DNA of 64,000 bases from Antedon mediterranea (Eukaryota; Animalia; Echinodermata), in NCBI RefSeq assembly GCF_964355755.1, contig NC_092677.1:1138101-1202100 (forward strand), read 5' to 3'. Below are positions 51,978-64,000 of this stretch, one piece after another (within the stretch, counting starts at the first letter, position 1; the number at the start of each line of letters is the position of its first letter). Both the position numbers and the translations under genes were made by a program. The notes beneath the pieces are model-generated. The model ran no database searches, was not told the DNA's origin, and saw only the letters and a program-made list of their open reading frames with translations.

Positions 51978-53000
51978 GCTGTATATGTAAATGTTAAAGC
52001 AAAGAAGGACAACAAATAATATACATGTTTAAAATAAAATAAGTATATTATTATAATCAATAGAATGATTGCAATGGTTTGAAACTACAATCACATACCT
52101 CTTGTTGATTGTTTTTATAGAAATAGAAGAAGTGTTTTCTTTCATTTTCTATAATAAAAATGAAATGTAAATGCTGCAATGTATCATCATTATCAACAAC
52201 ACAACCTATAATAGTGAAATAATCTACCAACGGTATATAGCAACAGTAAAGATCAAATTCGTAATGTAATGTAAAAATTAAAACCATATATATACTTGCA
52301 AAATATAAAAATAAGATTAATATAATTGTATTTCTTGCTTTGATTTTTTGGAAATAAAACGTACTTGGTTGTAGACCGACTTTAATTTCTTTCATTTGAA
52401 TTAAATGTATTAATGCATATATATATATATACGGACTATACCAGCATAAGAAGAAAAATACTACAAAAAAACTATACACAATCATTGATTTGAACACCAA
52501 TACACGTTTAATTGTATTATTGTTATCGTTCTTTAAGTTAATTCGCGATATGTATTTGTCGCTTACTGCCATTTTCAAAGAGTTTAGTAAGTTCAAATGG
52601 ATTTGACACGGAAGGATCAAAATATAGGAACAAAGAAGGTTTGGCATTGTTGGGGTAAATTTCTCTTTTAGGGAAGACATTAGAAAATACCTATAAAAAA
52701 TAAATAGTAGTTAGAACTACTTTATAAATACAATTTTTAGAAAGCCATGTGTTTTTTACTTTATTTTAAATAATTTATACTGTTTAGAAAATTAATTTGA
52801 TCATCTAGATTTAGACGGCAGTACAGTGCACTATAATTATGAGGAAGTAAATATAATACATCAGTGTGAACGCCAATTCATCACAATCATAACAATAGCA
52901 GGAACAATCAGTATTTAAGTATACAATACAGTGGAGTATGGTAGAGTGCGATACAATAACAGCGGAATAATCATCACCTTACGAAGCGGGACAAGGCGAA

Positions 53001-55439
53001 ATGGAGGGGAAATGTAAAAGTGCGTTGATTCTTCTGATTTTTCAACTTTGTGGTTGTAGTAAGTACACATCTTTCTATCAACTATAGTGCACTGTACTTC
53101 CGTCCACATCAAGTTAACTAAATTAATCTTTAACAATAAATGATGATGATTTAGAGTACATTGAACGTTATGTTATTTCTTTTTTTTTTCAGTGGGCCAA
53201 AGTATCAACAAACTCACTGCCGAATCACAAGTTGCAATTGAAGGACAGGACGCCATTACATTACCATGTTACTACATACCAACAAACGCCGTGATCGGCA
53301 AATACTACTGGAAGAAAAACGAGACGGTAATTGCAACAAAGGACGACTCAGATGCTGCGTCTAGATACTCGCTGAGTGATCCAAAGCAGTTTGATACTGC
53401 AGGATATGTTAGCTTGACTATAACAAATGTTAGCAGACGAGACGCAGACTCGTACACGTGTGGAGTAAACGACGAGTCTACTGGAGCTACTATACTCTTC
53501 CAGACGAAATGTACTTTAACTGTATATTGTAAGTAATATGATAGTAATACAATTAAATTTATGCAAATATTAATGCGTATTCTTTCGGTTCTTATTGGAA
53601 TAAATGTTGTGCAACACAGAATTAATTATGTTTCTGCATCAACGACATTGCTTATCTTAATGACAGATTTGGTTAAGCCATCTCTGTCAGTACTAGGTGA
53701 TTTGGAAGTTGTAAGAGTGAGCAAAGTTGCAATGTCTTGCAGCTCGACAGTAGCTTATGAAAAATGACAAGAACATGGTTCCATGACAATAATATTTTGA
53801 AATTTGAAAATAATACACTAGAAATTGAAAATGTTGACAAAGAATGAACGACAGTACAGCTGCAAAGTGGAAAAACTAATTTTTATTTGGTGAAAATGGG
53901 AAAAATTGTAACTCAATAACACTAATTAGCCTTAGAGGTAAAAATGTTGTACGGTGGTTAGCCCACTGAGGAAAGGAAAATTACCACCGGAAATTTAGAA
54001 AACATTTTAAAACAAATGGTCTGTGGTATTTTCGAAATACTATAGGTAAATTGAGAAAATTATACTGCAGTGACAGAGATTCAATTGCTTTTGGTCTTGT
54101 AAATGTAGTTCAGAGAATAAGTATACAAGTTATCTGTATCTTAGACACCAATAAACCAAGAAATATAATTATTATACAATTTGGAATTAGTGTTAATAAT
54201 ATTCAAATAATACTTTTAAAAAGATACAGTATTTCTTGTAAAATAATTGGGTTGTAAAATGATGACAGTGGGTTATAACCCAATTAAAATTTTACTAAGA
54301 CCTCTAGCACGGGCTATAACAGAAGTGCCGGGCATGTGTCGCTATACAAAAAAGCAATTAATTCGGTATATATTTCCTATAACAACATAATAGGAAAAAT
54401 GATGTGAAAACTCTAATATTGTAATCATGCCTTTTCATATTGTAAATTTTGCAAATGCAATTATCAATCCTATTTTAATTTCGCCATTACAGATCTTGAA
54501 AATCCAATTCTTAATCCAACACAATTGTTTACAAATATTGGTGAAACAGCAACATTCACATGTACTGAACCTGATGGTTTACTACCGATTAACATCACAT
54601 GGACCAAAGATGACGTCATGATTGATTATTCTGATACACAAAAGTATCGGTTTTTTTATGCTACATTAACAATTAATAGAGTAGATGAAGAAGATGAGGG
54701 AGTTTATCAGTGTAAAGCAGAGAATGCTGCTTATCATGGAATGCAAGGAAAACTAAGCAATAATGTTACTCTCATCACATTAGGTTGGTACGGTTGAAAT
54801 AACAATAGTTCTATAACTGTTAACTGATACAGTGAATACATACTATTATATAAACATACATTTCATTCTTTCCTTACCAATATTTTTTTAATAGTTTTAC
54901 ATGGTATGGATAGCAACAATGAGGTACACAGAGCACATCTAACACACAGCGAAAGTTTATTTTTTATTATGCATGCGTTTTAAAATATGAACGCATGTCA
55001 AGTTTCGATAATAATGCTTGTTTATTTGGGTTTTTTTTTTTAAACATTGACGATTACTTGAACAATAAGAAGTACGTTGCACTTTAAATTGTAAATGTCC
55101 GGGTTTGGTGTCCACATAGACTATCATGAACATGTTTGTTTTGCTGCGAAACGATACCAAATATTTCTTGATTTTATTTCCTTAAAACCAATCAATGTCA
55201 TTATCGGTTTGTGTTTTAATAGTAATAGCGAAAATTAGTAATAGAAGCCAACAAGCTGAAGAGAAAATATACATGTGTGTTCCCTGGATCTGTACTTATA
55301 CGCTCTTCATATTTATCACTTGTATTTTATTATAAAAGGTTCAACTTCGACGGGTCTTGTTGTTGGAATGACGTTTGTTGATGTGCTCATTGGATTCATT
55401 ATCTGTTTGCTTGTGGATTTTATCATCAGCAAAATATAG
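53001..55439 (+). pseudogene. Ig receptor copy H: leader, divergent V, frameshifted extra Ig exon, intact C2, TM followed at once by a stop (tailless form or pseudogene)
   Basis: Exons 53001-53058 (MEGKCKSALILLIFQLCGC), 53193-53528 (V: ITLPCYY..YYWKK..DADSYTC), ~53667-53938 (broken Ig), 54493-54783 (C2) and 55339-55439 (TM ...FVDVLIGFIICLLVDFIISKI*). The stalk (~55045) and micro-exon are degenerate, and the tail remnant runs 55763-56400. Confidence 0.65.
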
Positions 55440-55849
55440 AAGACAAATCCACAGGTAAAGCATAATTCTGATTCAGAAAATAGAACCATAAAACAAGAGT
55501 AAAATGCTCAATAGTTTAGTAAACTACCGCGGTACACCGCACAGTTAATGAAATGTATTAACAATAATAAGAGCTTTTTGATGTTTTATGTTTTTTTCTA
55601 CATCGAAAAACGACAACCAATCAGGAGTAAGGATGCCATACTTCAACTTTCATTACTCACTTTCACTGTCATCATCATTATCAACGTCACCAATAGGTTT
55701 ACAAGATTGTATTTCTTTTCGTTTATGTTCATGCAATAAACTGCTGTATTTTTTTTAAACAGGCGTTATTATGACTTATACCAGAGAGACAGATCAAGAA
55801 ACAAACCACACATACCAATATTTACAGAAGAAAGACGATAATCAAGCTG

Positions 55850-56368
55850 ACGATTACCACCTATAATATCCAGTAAATTCACTCAATAAACAATACCACA
55901 CTCACCAAACAAGACAAAAAGATCAGTATCACCTGCCATTTACTCGAACTAGACTTAAAATGAATACCCTTGTATATACTGGACCTAAACTCTGGAATTC
56001 TCTTCCTTTATCTCTTAAAAAATCTCATAACTGTGCTTTAATTAAACGTCAATTTAAACTATTATTGGTTGAAGGTTCTTTGTAAATTCTTTTATTATTG
56101 CTATATTTGATATTTCTTAAATAATTTATAAAATCTATTTTTTACTTGATTTTTAGTTTTAGGCCTAAACATGTTAAACTTATGTGTTAGAGAAAAGATT
56201 TTAGTTTAATTGTTGTTTTTTTGGAGTTTCTAATTGTGTTATATTATTTATATTTTATTTGTTTTGTTTTGAGGAGCCTATTCACCACAAGCTTTGCTTT
56301 CTTTTAGGCTCCTCCACTTTATATTTATATATTTGTAAAGTGAAATAAATAAATGAAATGAAATAAAA
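55850..56368 (+). mobile_element. CR1/L2/Crack-type LINE 3' fragment inserted in the tail exon of copy H
   Basis: Reads HTHQTRQKDQYHLPFTRT..YTGPKLWNSLPLSLK and ends in AATAAA/(TGAAA)n. The host exon is split as caagctg|...|tatatgtaaat. Confidence 0.75.
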
Positions 56369-57444
56369 TATATGTAAATGCAGAGAATGACAACAGATAA
56401 ATGATACAGTTAATATAATAGAATAATACAATTAGGCCGATTTTAAACATATTGCAGTGGCTTACAGTATTTTTTTCAGATAAATATTGTGAAAAATAAA
56501 AACACTTCATTATTAAGGTTTCTTATGTTGATGGACGTTTCTATATATATGTTTTAGCTGATATGTTTGAAAGTTGCCTTACTAGAATTAACAGATAACA
56601 TTTATATAACGAGTTCTTATAGATCAGACGTAATTCCTAATATAAACCAGAGTTAGCCAGTATTTCATGTACGCGTCGCGGGTTAATGCGGGAAACGCGA
56701 ATGTTACTTATGATGTCATGATATAATATCATATTTGTATAAAAATGATCAGGGTCCATCACTTCAACAACGTTTTATTATTTATTGGCCAACATTCGGT
56801 ATGTTTATTTATATTCTGACATAATGGCGGGAAATATTAATACATCCTGATATCACTAACAATCTTGCGAGTATTGAATCATAACACTAGGAGATATAAT
56901 TCCTTGGTCCTCATCCTTGATTTTATCCAGCGCCGGTTTTTTTTACCCCAGCAATTAAACGTTTGCAATAAGGTAATGGTTTTGTGTTATGTTTTCATTA
57001 AATAAACTAATTTTTTTATGTGGGTATAGTGGCTAGTTCCTTGTATTTTATCATATCCGTATGTTTCAAATTGACATATTGCAATGGATTAAAATATAAG
57101 ACCAAGGTGAGGCTTAATTATTTACCCGCCGAGTAAATTGGCTTTATTTAGTAATCGATAACTTTAGTGAGTAGGTACAGTATCTGGTCTGATGTGAACA
57201 CACACTAAAGAATGTTATTGTAGCTTTTATTGTTCGATAACACTAATAAAAATAACATACAGTGGATGTATTCTGTCTTACATACCATATTAGGATTGAA
57301 CTTGTGACTTGTCTGTGCAGTTGAGCGCATTCTAACAAACACATTGTATATGGATCTACTTTAACAATAAGCCTAACTAGTTACTATATTGAAAGGGATA
57401 GGTGTAAGAAATTGACGAATGACAACTAGGCCTCCAGCTAGGAA

Positions 57445-60400
57445 ATGTTTCCAGAAAATAAAGATATCTGTTTGGTTAGCATCCTCCTTCAAGGTAAGTA
57501 CACAGTGACCAACTATACTACGACAGCACAACCCCCTTAGTTAGCTGTAGCCTCTATTCTTTGCCAGATTAATACATCTTACGACTGTTTGATAACACAC
57601 TTGGTTAGTTTTAGCCACTCGATGCTAGAATTGGCAGGACTACTAACTAGGGTTAGATTTTTTATGGAAGGTCCATAGTCGACAATTTCACTATTTTTTT
57701 CAAAATCTTCAAATAGCTGCCTGAGCATATTCGGCGACACGAATTATTGTAATAAATATAACTTTTTTCTTCTCGTTTCAAAATGGTCATGTCAGACTTT
57801 CGCTATAAAATTTATCTTTTAGAATTGTCTCTTTTGCTCTCCTAAGTTTCCTGCATTTTATTCAAGCTTTCTTCTCTGTAGAAAATGAACGGTTTTTAAA
57901 GAGGATGCATTTTTAAATAATAATAATAATAATAGGCCTACTGATGTGTATTTTTTTAATTTAGTTTTATTCTGCATTTGTTATGGAGTGTCTGTAAATA
58001 TCAACAACTTAGATGATGTACATGAAGGCTCCGACACAAGAATGACATGTACATATACAAGAGACAGTAGTACTAGTTCAAGTGATCCTATTGTGACATG
58101 GAATAAAATCATAAACGGGGTAGCAGATAAAATATCAGCAACTCAGAGTGGATCTACAATCATAGAACCTTCGTACCAAGATAGATTTGGCGTTGATAGA
58201 GATGATGATAGAATTCTTGTGATTACTAACACTTTGCGAATTGACAGTGGCACATATCAATGTGAAGTTGTTATATTTGATGACCCACCTGTTGATGATG
58301 ATACTGTGATAATAAATGTGATATGTACGTATACGGTTAAATTCAAATATTTGTATACAGATACAAACGGTAGTCATAGTATATTTTTTAGTTGTTTATA
58401 ATATAGTTTTAAAATATTTCAATTTCATAGTACTGTATTTATTTTTGAAATATAAAAATATTGTTTAGGCCTATATTCACTAGATCGGTACCCAATATAT
58501 TGCTTTGTTTAATTTCAGTGTCAAATAACTGTTCCAATCACGCTTGTTCTAATGGAGGTGTTTGTACACCGTCTTCTAGTTCTATGGGATACACATGTTC
58601 CTGTCCACCGTGTTTCTTTGGACAATTGTGTGAAACTCGTGAGTTTTCACTACCGGGAAAGTACTGTAGATAACAAGCCGAACTATACATTGAGCCTTTT
58701 CAATAATAAAGAAAGTATATAAAACTAGATTTTAAGTCGTCGCTTGAGTCATACGTTAGAATACAAATAAATGTTTTACTGGAACATTATGTGAAAATAC
58801 AAATTTAATTCATGTACTTTACAGTATAAAATATTTTTGTTAACTCGAATAAATGTATTTATTATCATCAGCGTCAAATGCTTGCTCCAACAACCTTTGT
58901 CAGAATGGAGCTGTTTGTAACACTGTTTCTGGTTCTTGTACAGCATACACGTGTACATGTCCATTATGTTTTACTGGATCATTCTGTGAGACTCGTAAGT
59001 TCTATGTTTGTCTGCCTGCCTTTAGCACAGTTCAAATACAAATATAATCATATATTTCACAGTATAAAATCATTTTTGTAACTCCAATACATTAATTTAT
59101 TATTACCAGGAATAAATGCTTGTGACGCCCACCTTTGTCAGAATGGAGGTACATGTAACACTATTGTTGGTTCTTGTACTTCTTACACGTGTACCTGTTC
59201 ATCATGTTTTACTGGAACATTCTGTGAAACTGGTAAGTTCTATGTTTTTTCTGCTTTTCTTTATCAGAATTCAAATATGTATTTTACAGTCTATAGTTTT
59301 CTGAAAACTGTAATGTTCTCTTTTGTATAATATTCACTATCAGCGTCTGATGCTTGCGACGCAAGTTCTATGTTTGTCTGCTTGTCAGCCCGTGCCGACT
59401 GAATCTGCCCTATAATATTCCAGTATAAAATGTAACTAGAATGCATTCATTTTTTATTATCAGGAAATGCTTGCAATGGCAACCTTTGTCAGAATGGAGC
59501 TGCTTGTAACACTGTTTCTGGTTCCTGTACAGCATACACGTGTACATGTCCATTATGTTTTACTGGATCATTCTGTGAGACTCGTAAGTTCTATGTTTGT
59601 CTGCCTGCCTTTAGCACAGTTCAAATACAAATATAATCATATATTTTACAGTATAAAATCATTTTTGTAACTCCAATACATTAATTTATTATTACCAGGA
59701 ATAAATGCTTGTGACGCCCACCTTTGTCAGAATGGAGGTACATGTAACACTATTGTTGGTTCCTGTACTTCTTACACGTGTACCTGTTCATCATGTTTTA
59801 CTGGAACATTCTGTGAAACTGGTAAGTTCTATGTTTTTTCTGCTTTTCTTTATCAGAATTCAAATATGTATTTTACAGTCTATAGTTTTCTGAAAACTGT
59901 AATGTTCTCTTTTGTATAATATTCACTATCAGCGTCTGATGCTTGCGACGCAAGTTCTATGTTTGTCTGCTTGTCAGCCCGTGCCGACTGAATCTGCCCT
60001 ATAATATTCCAGTATAAAATGTAACTAGAATGCATTCATTTTTTATTATCAGGAAATGCTTGCAATGGCAACCTTTGTCAGAATGGAGCTGCTTGTAACA
60101 CTGTTTCTGGTTCCTGTACAGCATACACATGTACCTGTCCATTATGTTTTACTGGAACATTCTGTGAGACTCGTAAGTTCTATGTTTGTCTGGTTGCCTT
60201 TATCACAGTTCAAATATAAATTTAATGATGTACTTTACAGTATAAAATCATATTTGTAACTCAAATAAATGTATTTATTATCATCAGCGTCAAATGGTTG
60301 CTCCAACAACCTTTGTCAGAATGGAGCTGCTTGTAACACTGTTTCTGGTTCCTGTACAGCATACACATGTACCTGTCCATTATGTTTTACTGGAACATTC

Positions 60401-63400
60401 TGTGAGACTCGTAAGTTCTATGTTTCTCTGCTTCCCTTTATCACAGTTCAAATACAAATTTAATCATGTACATTGCAGTATAAAATCATTTTTTTAACTT
60501 GAATAAATGTATTTAACAGCGTTAAATGCTTGCTCCAACAACGCATGTCAGAATGGAGGTACATGTAACGCCGTTGCTGGTTCCTGTACAGCATACACGT
60601 GTACCTGTTCATCATGTTTTACTGGAACATTCTGTGAAACTGGTAAGTTCTATGTTTTTTCTGCTTTTCTTTATCAGAATTCAAATATGTATTTTACAGT
60701 CTATAGTTTTCTGAAAACTGTAATGTTCTCTTTTGTATAATATTCACTATCAGCGTCTGATGCTTGCGACGCAAGTTCTATGTTTGTCTGCTTGTCAGCC
60801 CGTGCCGACTGAATCTGCCCTATAATATTCCAGTATAAAATGTAACTAGAATGCATTCATTTTTTATTATCAGGAAATGCTTGCAATGGCAACCTTTGTC
60901 AGAATGGAGCTGCTTGTAACACTGTTTCTGGTTCCTGTACAGCATACACGTGTACATGTCCATTATGTTTTACTGGATCATTCTGTGAGACTCGTAAGTT
61001 CTATGTTTGTCTGCCTGCCTTTAGCACAGTTCAAATACAAATATAATCATATATTTTACAGTATAAAATCATTTTTGTAACTCCAATACATTAATTTATT
61101 ATTACCAGGAATAAATGCTTGTGACGCCCACCTTTGTCAGAATGGAGGTACATGTAACACTATTGTTGGTTCCTGTACTTCTTACACGTGTACCTGTTCA
61201 TCATGTTTTACTGGAACATTCTGTGAAACTGGTAAGTTCTATGTTTTTTCTGCTTTTCTTTATCAGAATTCAAATATGTATTTTACAGTCTATAGTTTTC
61301 TGAAAACTGTAATGTTCTCTTTTGTATAATATTCACTATCAGCGTCTGATGCTTGCGACGCAAGTTCTATGTTTGTCTGCTTGTCAGCCCGTGCCGACTG
61401 AATCTGCCCTATAATATTCCAGTATAAAATGTAACTAGAATGCATTCATTTTTTATTATCAGGAAATGCTTGCAATGGCAACCTTTGTCAGAATGGAGCT
61501 GCTTGTAACACTGTTTCTGGTTCCTGTACAGCATACACATGTACCTGTCCATTATGTTTTACTGGAACATTCTGTGAGACTCGTAAGTTCTATGTTTGTC
61601 TGGTTGCCTTTATCACAGTTCAAATATAAATTTAATGATGTACTTTACAGTATAAAATCATATTTGTAACTCAAATAAATGTATTTATTATCATCAGCGT
61701 CAAATGGTTGCTCCAACAACCTTTGTCAGAATGGAGCTGCTTGTAACACTGTTTCTGGTTCCTGTACAGCATACACATGTACCTGTCCATTATGTTTTAC
61801 TGGAACATTCTGTGAGACTCGTAAGTTCTATGTTTCTCTGCTTCCCTTTATCACAGTTCAAATACAAATTTAATCATGTACATTGCAGTATAAAATCATT
61901 TTTTTAACTTGAATAAATGTATTTAACAGCGTTAAATGCTTGCTCCAACAACGCATGTCAGAATGGAGGTACATGTAACGCCGTTGCTGGTTCCTGTACA
62001 GCATACACGTGTACCTGTTCATCATGTTTTACTGGAATATTCTGTGAAACTGGTAAGTTCTATGTTTTTTCTGCTTGTCTTTATCAGAATTCAAATATGT
62101 ATTTTACAGTCTATAGTTTTCTGAAACTGTAATGTTCTCTTTTGTATAATATTCACTATCAGCGTCTGATGCTTCGACGCAAGTTCTATGTTTGTCTGCT
62201 TGTCAGCCCGTGCCGACTGAATCTGTCCTATAATATTCCAGTATAAATGTAACTAGAATGCATTCATTTTTTATTATCAGGAAATGCTTGCACTGGCAAC
62301 CTTTGTCAGAATGGAGCTGCTTGTAACACTGTTTCTGGTTCCTGTACAGGATAAACATGTACCTGTCCATTATGTTTTACTGGAACATTCTGTGAGACTC
62401 GTAAGTTCTATGTTTCTCTGCTTCCCTTTATCGCAGTTCAAATATAAGTTTAATCATGTACTTTACAGTATAAAATCATATTTGTAACTCGAATAAATGT
62501 ATTTATTATCATCAGCGTCAAATGGTTGCTCCAACAACCTTTGTCAGAATGGAGCTGCTTGTAACACTGTTTCTGGTTCCTGTACAGCATACACATGTAC
62601 CTGTCCATCATGTTTTACTGGAACATTCTGTGAGATTCGTAAGTTATGTTTGTCTGCTTGCTTTTATCACAGTTCAAATACAAATTTAATCATGTACATT
62701 GCAGTATAAAATCATTTTTTGTAACTCGAATACATTTATTTATTATTAACAGCGTTAAATGCTTGCTCCAATAACGCATGTCAGAATGGAGGTACATGTA
62801 ACGCCGTTGCTGGTTCCTGTACAGCATACACGTGTACCTGTTCATCATGTTTTACTGGATTATTCTGTGAAACTTGTAAGTTATGTTTGTCTGCTTGCTT
62901 TTATCACAGTTCAAATACAAATTTAATCATGTACATTGCAGTATAAAATCATTTTTTTAACTTGAATAAATGTATTTAACAGCGTTAAATGCTTGCTCCA
63001 ACAACGCATGTCAGAATGGAGGTACATGTAACGCCGTTGCTGGTTCCTGTACTTCTTACACGTGTACCTGTCCATCATGTTTTACTGGAACATTCTGTGA
63101 AACTGGTAAGTTCTATGTTTTTTCTGCTTTTCTTTATCAGAATTCAAATATGTATTTTACAGTCTATAGTTTTCTGAAAACTGTAATGTTCTCTTTTGTA
63201 TAATATTCACTATCAGCGTCTGATGCTTAGACGCAAGTTCTATGTTTGTCTGCTTGTCAGCCCGTGCCGACTGAATCTGCCCTATAATATTCCAGTATAA
63301 ATGTAACTAGAATGCATTCATTTTTTATTATCAGGGATAAATGCTTGCTCCAACAACCTTTGTCAGAATGGAGCTGCATGTAACACTGTTTCTGGTTCCT

Positions 63401-63941
63401 GTACAGCATACACATGTACCTGTCCATCAAGCTTTACTGGATCGTTCTGTGAAACCGGTAAGGTCTATGTTTGTCTGCTTGTCTTTAGGATGTGGCGCTC
63501 AGGGCATAAAAGTAGTGCAATGAAGTAATAATAATAATTTGATGTCCTTTCTTGTCATTACAATCTGTGAAATTTAGAGGGCCGGCTGAACCCGCCCTAT
63601 AATTGTCCAGTATAAAAGCATTTTGTAATTGCTAAATGCATATGTAGGCCTACAGTATGTTGAATTAATTGCTCATAATAGTTAGGCATACTGATCAAAA
63701 TTATAAGTCAGATCTACTAGAGTAAATAATTAATTAAATAGTTGTAATATTCTATTTTAGTTATATTCAGTACATGTACTGGTGTGTGGTTGAAGGTTCT
63801 GAAACGAGAATGATAATGTAACTACAGTCCTACAACTGGTAGCACCATTATCATAACATGAATACGCATAATTTTGCTGAACAATAACCTTTTGGTCTTT
63901 TTTTATATTTTATGTAGCATTGGCAACAACTTCTCCAACCA
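57445..63941 (+). CDS. Gene I: signal-IgV-18xEGF-stalk protein, 3'-partial; EGF14 carries an in-frame stop
   Basis: Leader 57445-57493 (MFPENKDICLVSILLQ) and V 57965-58324 (RMTCTY..VTWNK..DRF..DSGTYQC). EGF exons: 58519-58638, 58872-58994, 59110-59232, 59464-59583, 59699-59821, 60053-60172, 60288-60410, 60520-60642, 60874-60993, 61109-61231, 61463-61582, 61698-61820, 61930-62052, 62281-62400 (TAA at 62352-62354), 62516-62638, 62753-62875, 62983-63105, 63335-63457. Stalk 63918-63941 (ALATTSPT). All are phase 1-1. Confidence 0.8.
58820..63480 (+). repeat. Exon-intron tandem repeat array with 589-bp and 1410-bp higher-order periods
   Basis: Exon starts 59110->59699 and 59464->60053 differ by 589. 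Exon starts 59464/59699/60053/60288/60520 recur at +1410 with near-identical introns. Confidence 0.9.
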
Positions 63942-64000
63942 GTAAGTCGACTACACATACGTTGTATTTTTATTTTATTTTCCTCTAATAAATATTATAC

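Noticed and set aside
52057-52680. 207-aa minus-strand ORF
   Set aside because: Low-complexity AT-rich translation of a 3' UTR/intergenic region whose paralogous copies are not open.
58878-63523. Repeated ORFs of the type MLAPTTFVRMEL...HTRVHVH
   Set aside because: Alternative-frame translations of the EGF exons. The splice phase selects the cysteine-rich frame.

Overview
AT-rich animal genomic DNA with GT-AG introns. The transposon repertoire suggests an aquatic invertebrate, possibly an echinoderm; this is inference and cannot be proven from the window. The window holds a + strand tandem array of nine related immunoglobulin-superfamily receptor genes and pseudogenes, here called A-I. The shared architecture is leader / IgV / IgC2(I-set-like) / 27-nt Thr-rich stalk micro-exon / TM / 33-39-nt micro-exon / tyrosine-motif tail (YMTY...TYQDL-x9-YVNV/I). 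The V exons fall into several strongly divergent types, while the C2-stalk-TM-tail block and its introns are highly similar between copies. C and E are intact and A is intact within the window. B and D are pseudogenes, and F, G and H are rearranged or truncated. Gene I replaces the C2 with 18 tandem EGF exons, whose extra-cysteine pattern points to inter-domain disulfides, and then rejoins the family stalk exon. The array is heavily invaded by mobile elements: a four-copy head-to-tail Helitron array with nested Kolobok-like, Harbinger-like and foldback elements, an L2/CR1-group LINE, a decayed Academ-like transposon containing an intact gypsy-like LTR element with CG..CG ends and a 3-bp TSD, and several LINE fragments. 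All gene models were read by eye and lack transcript support.
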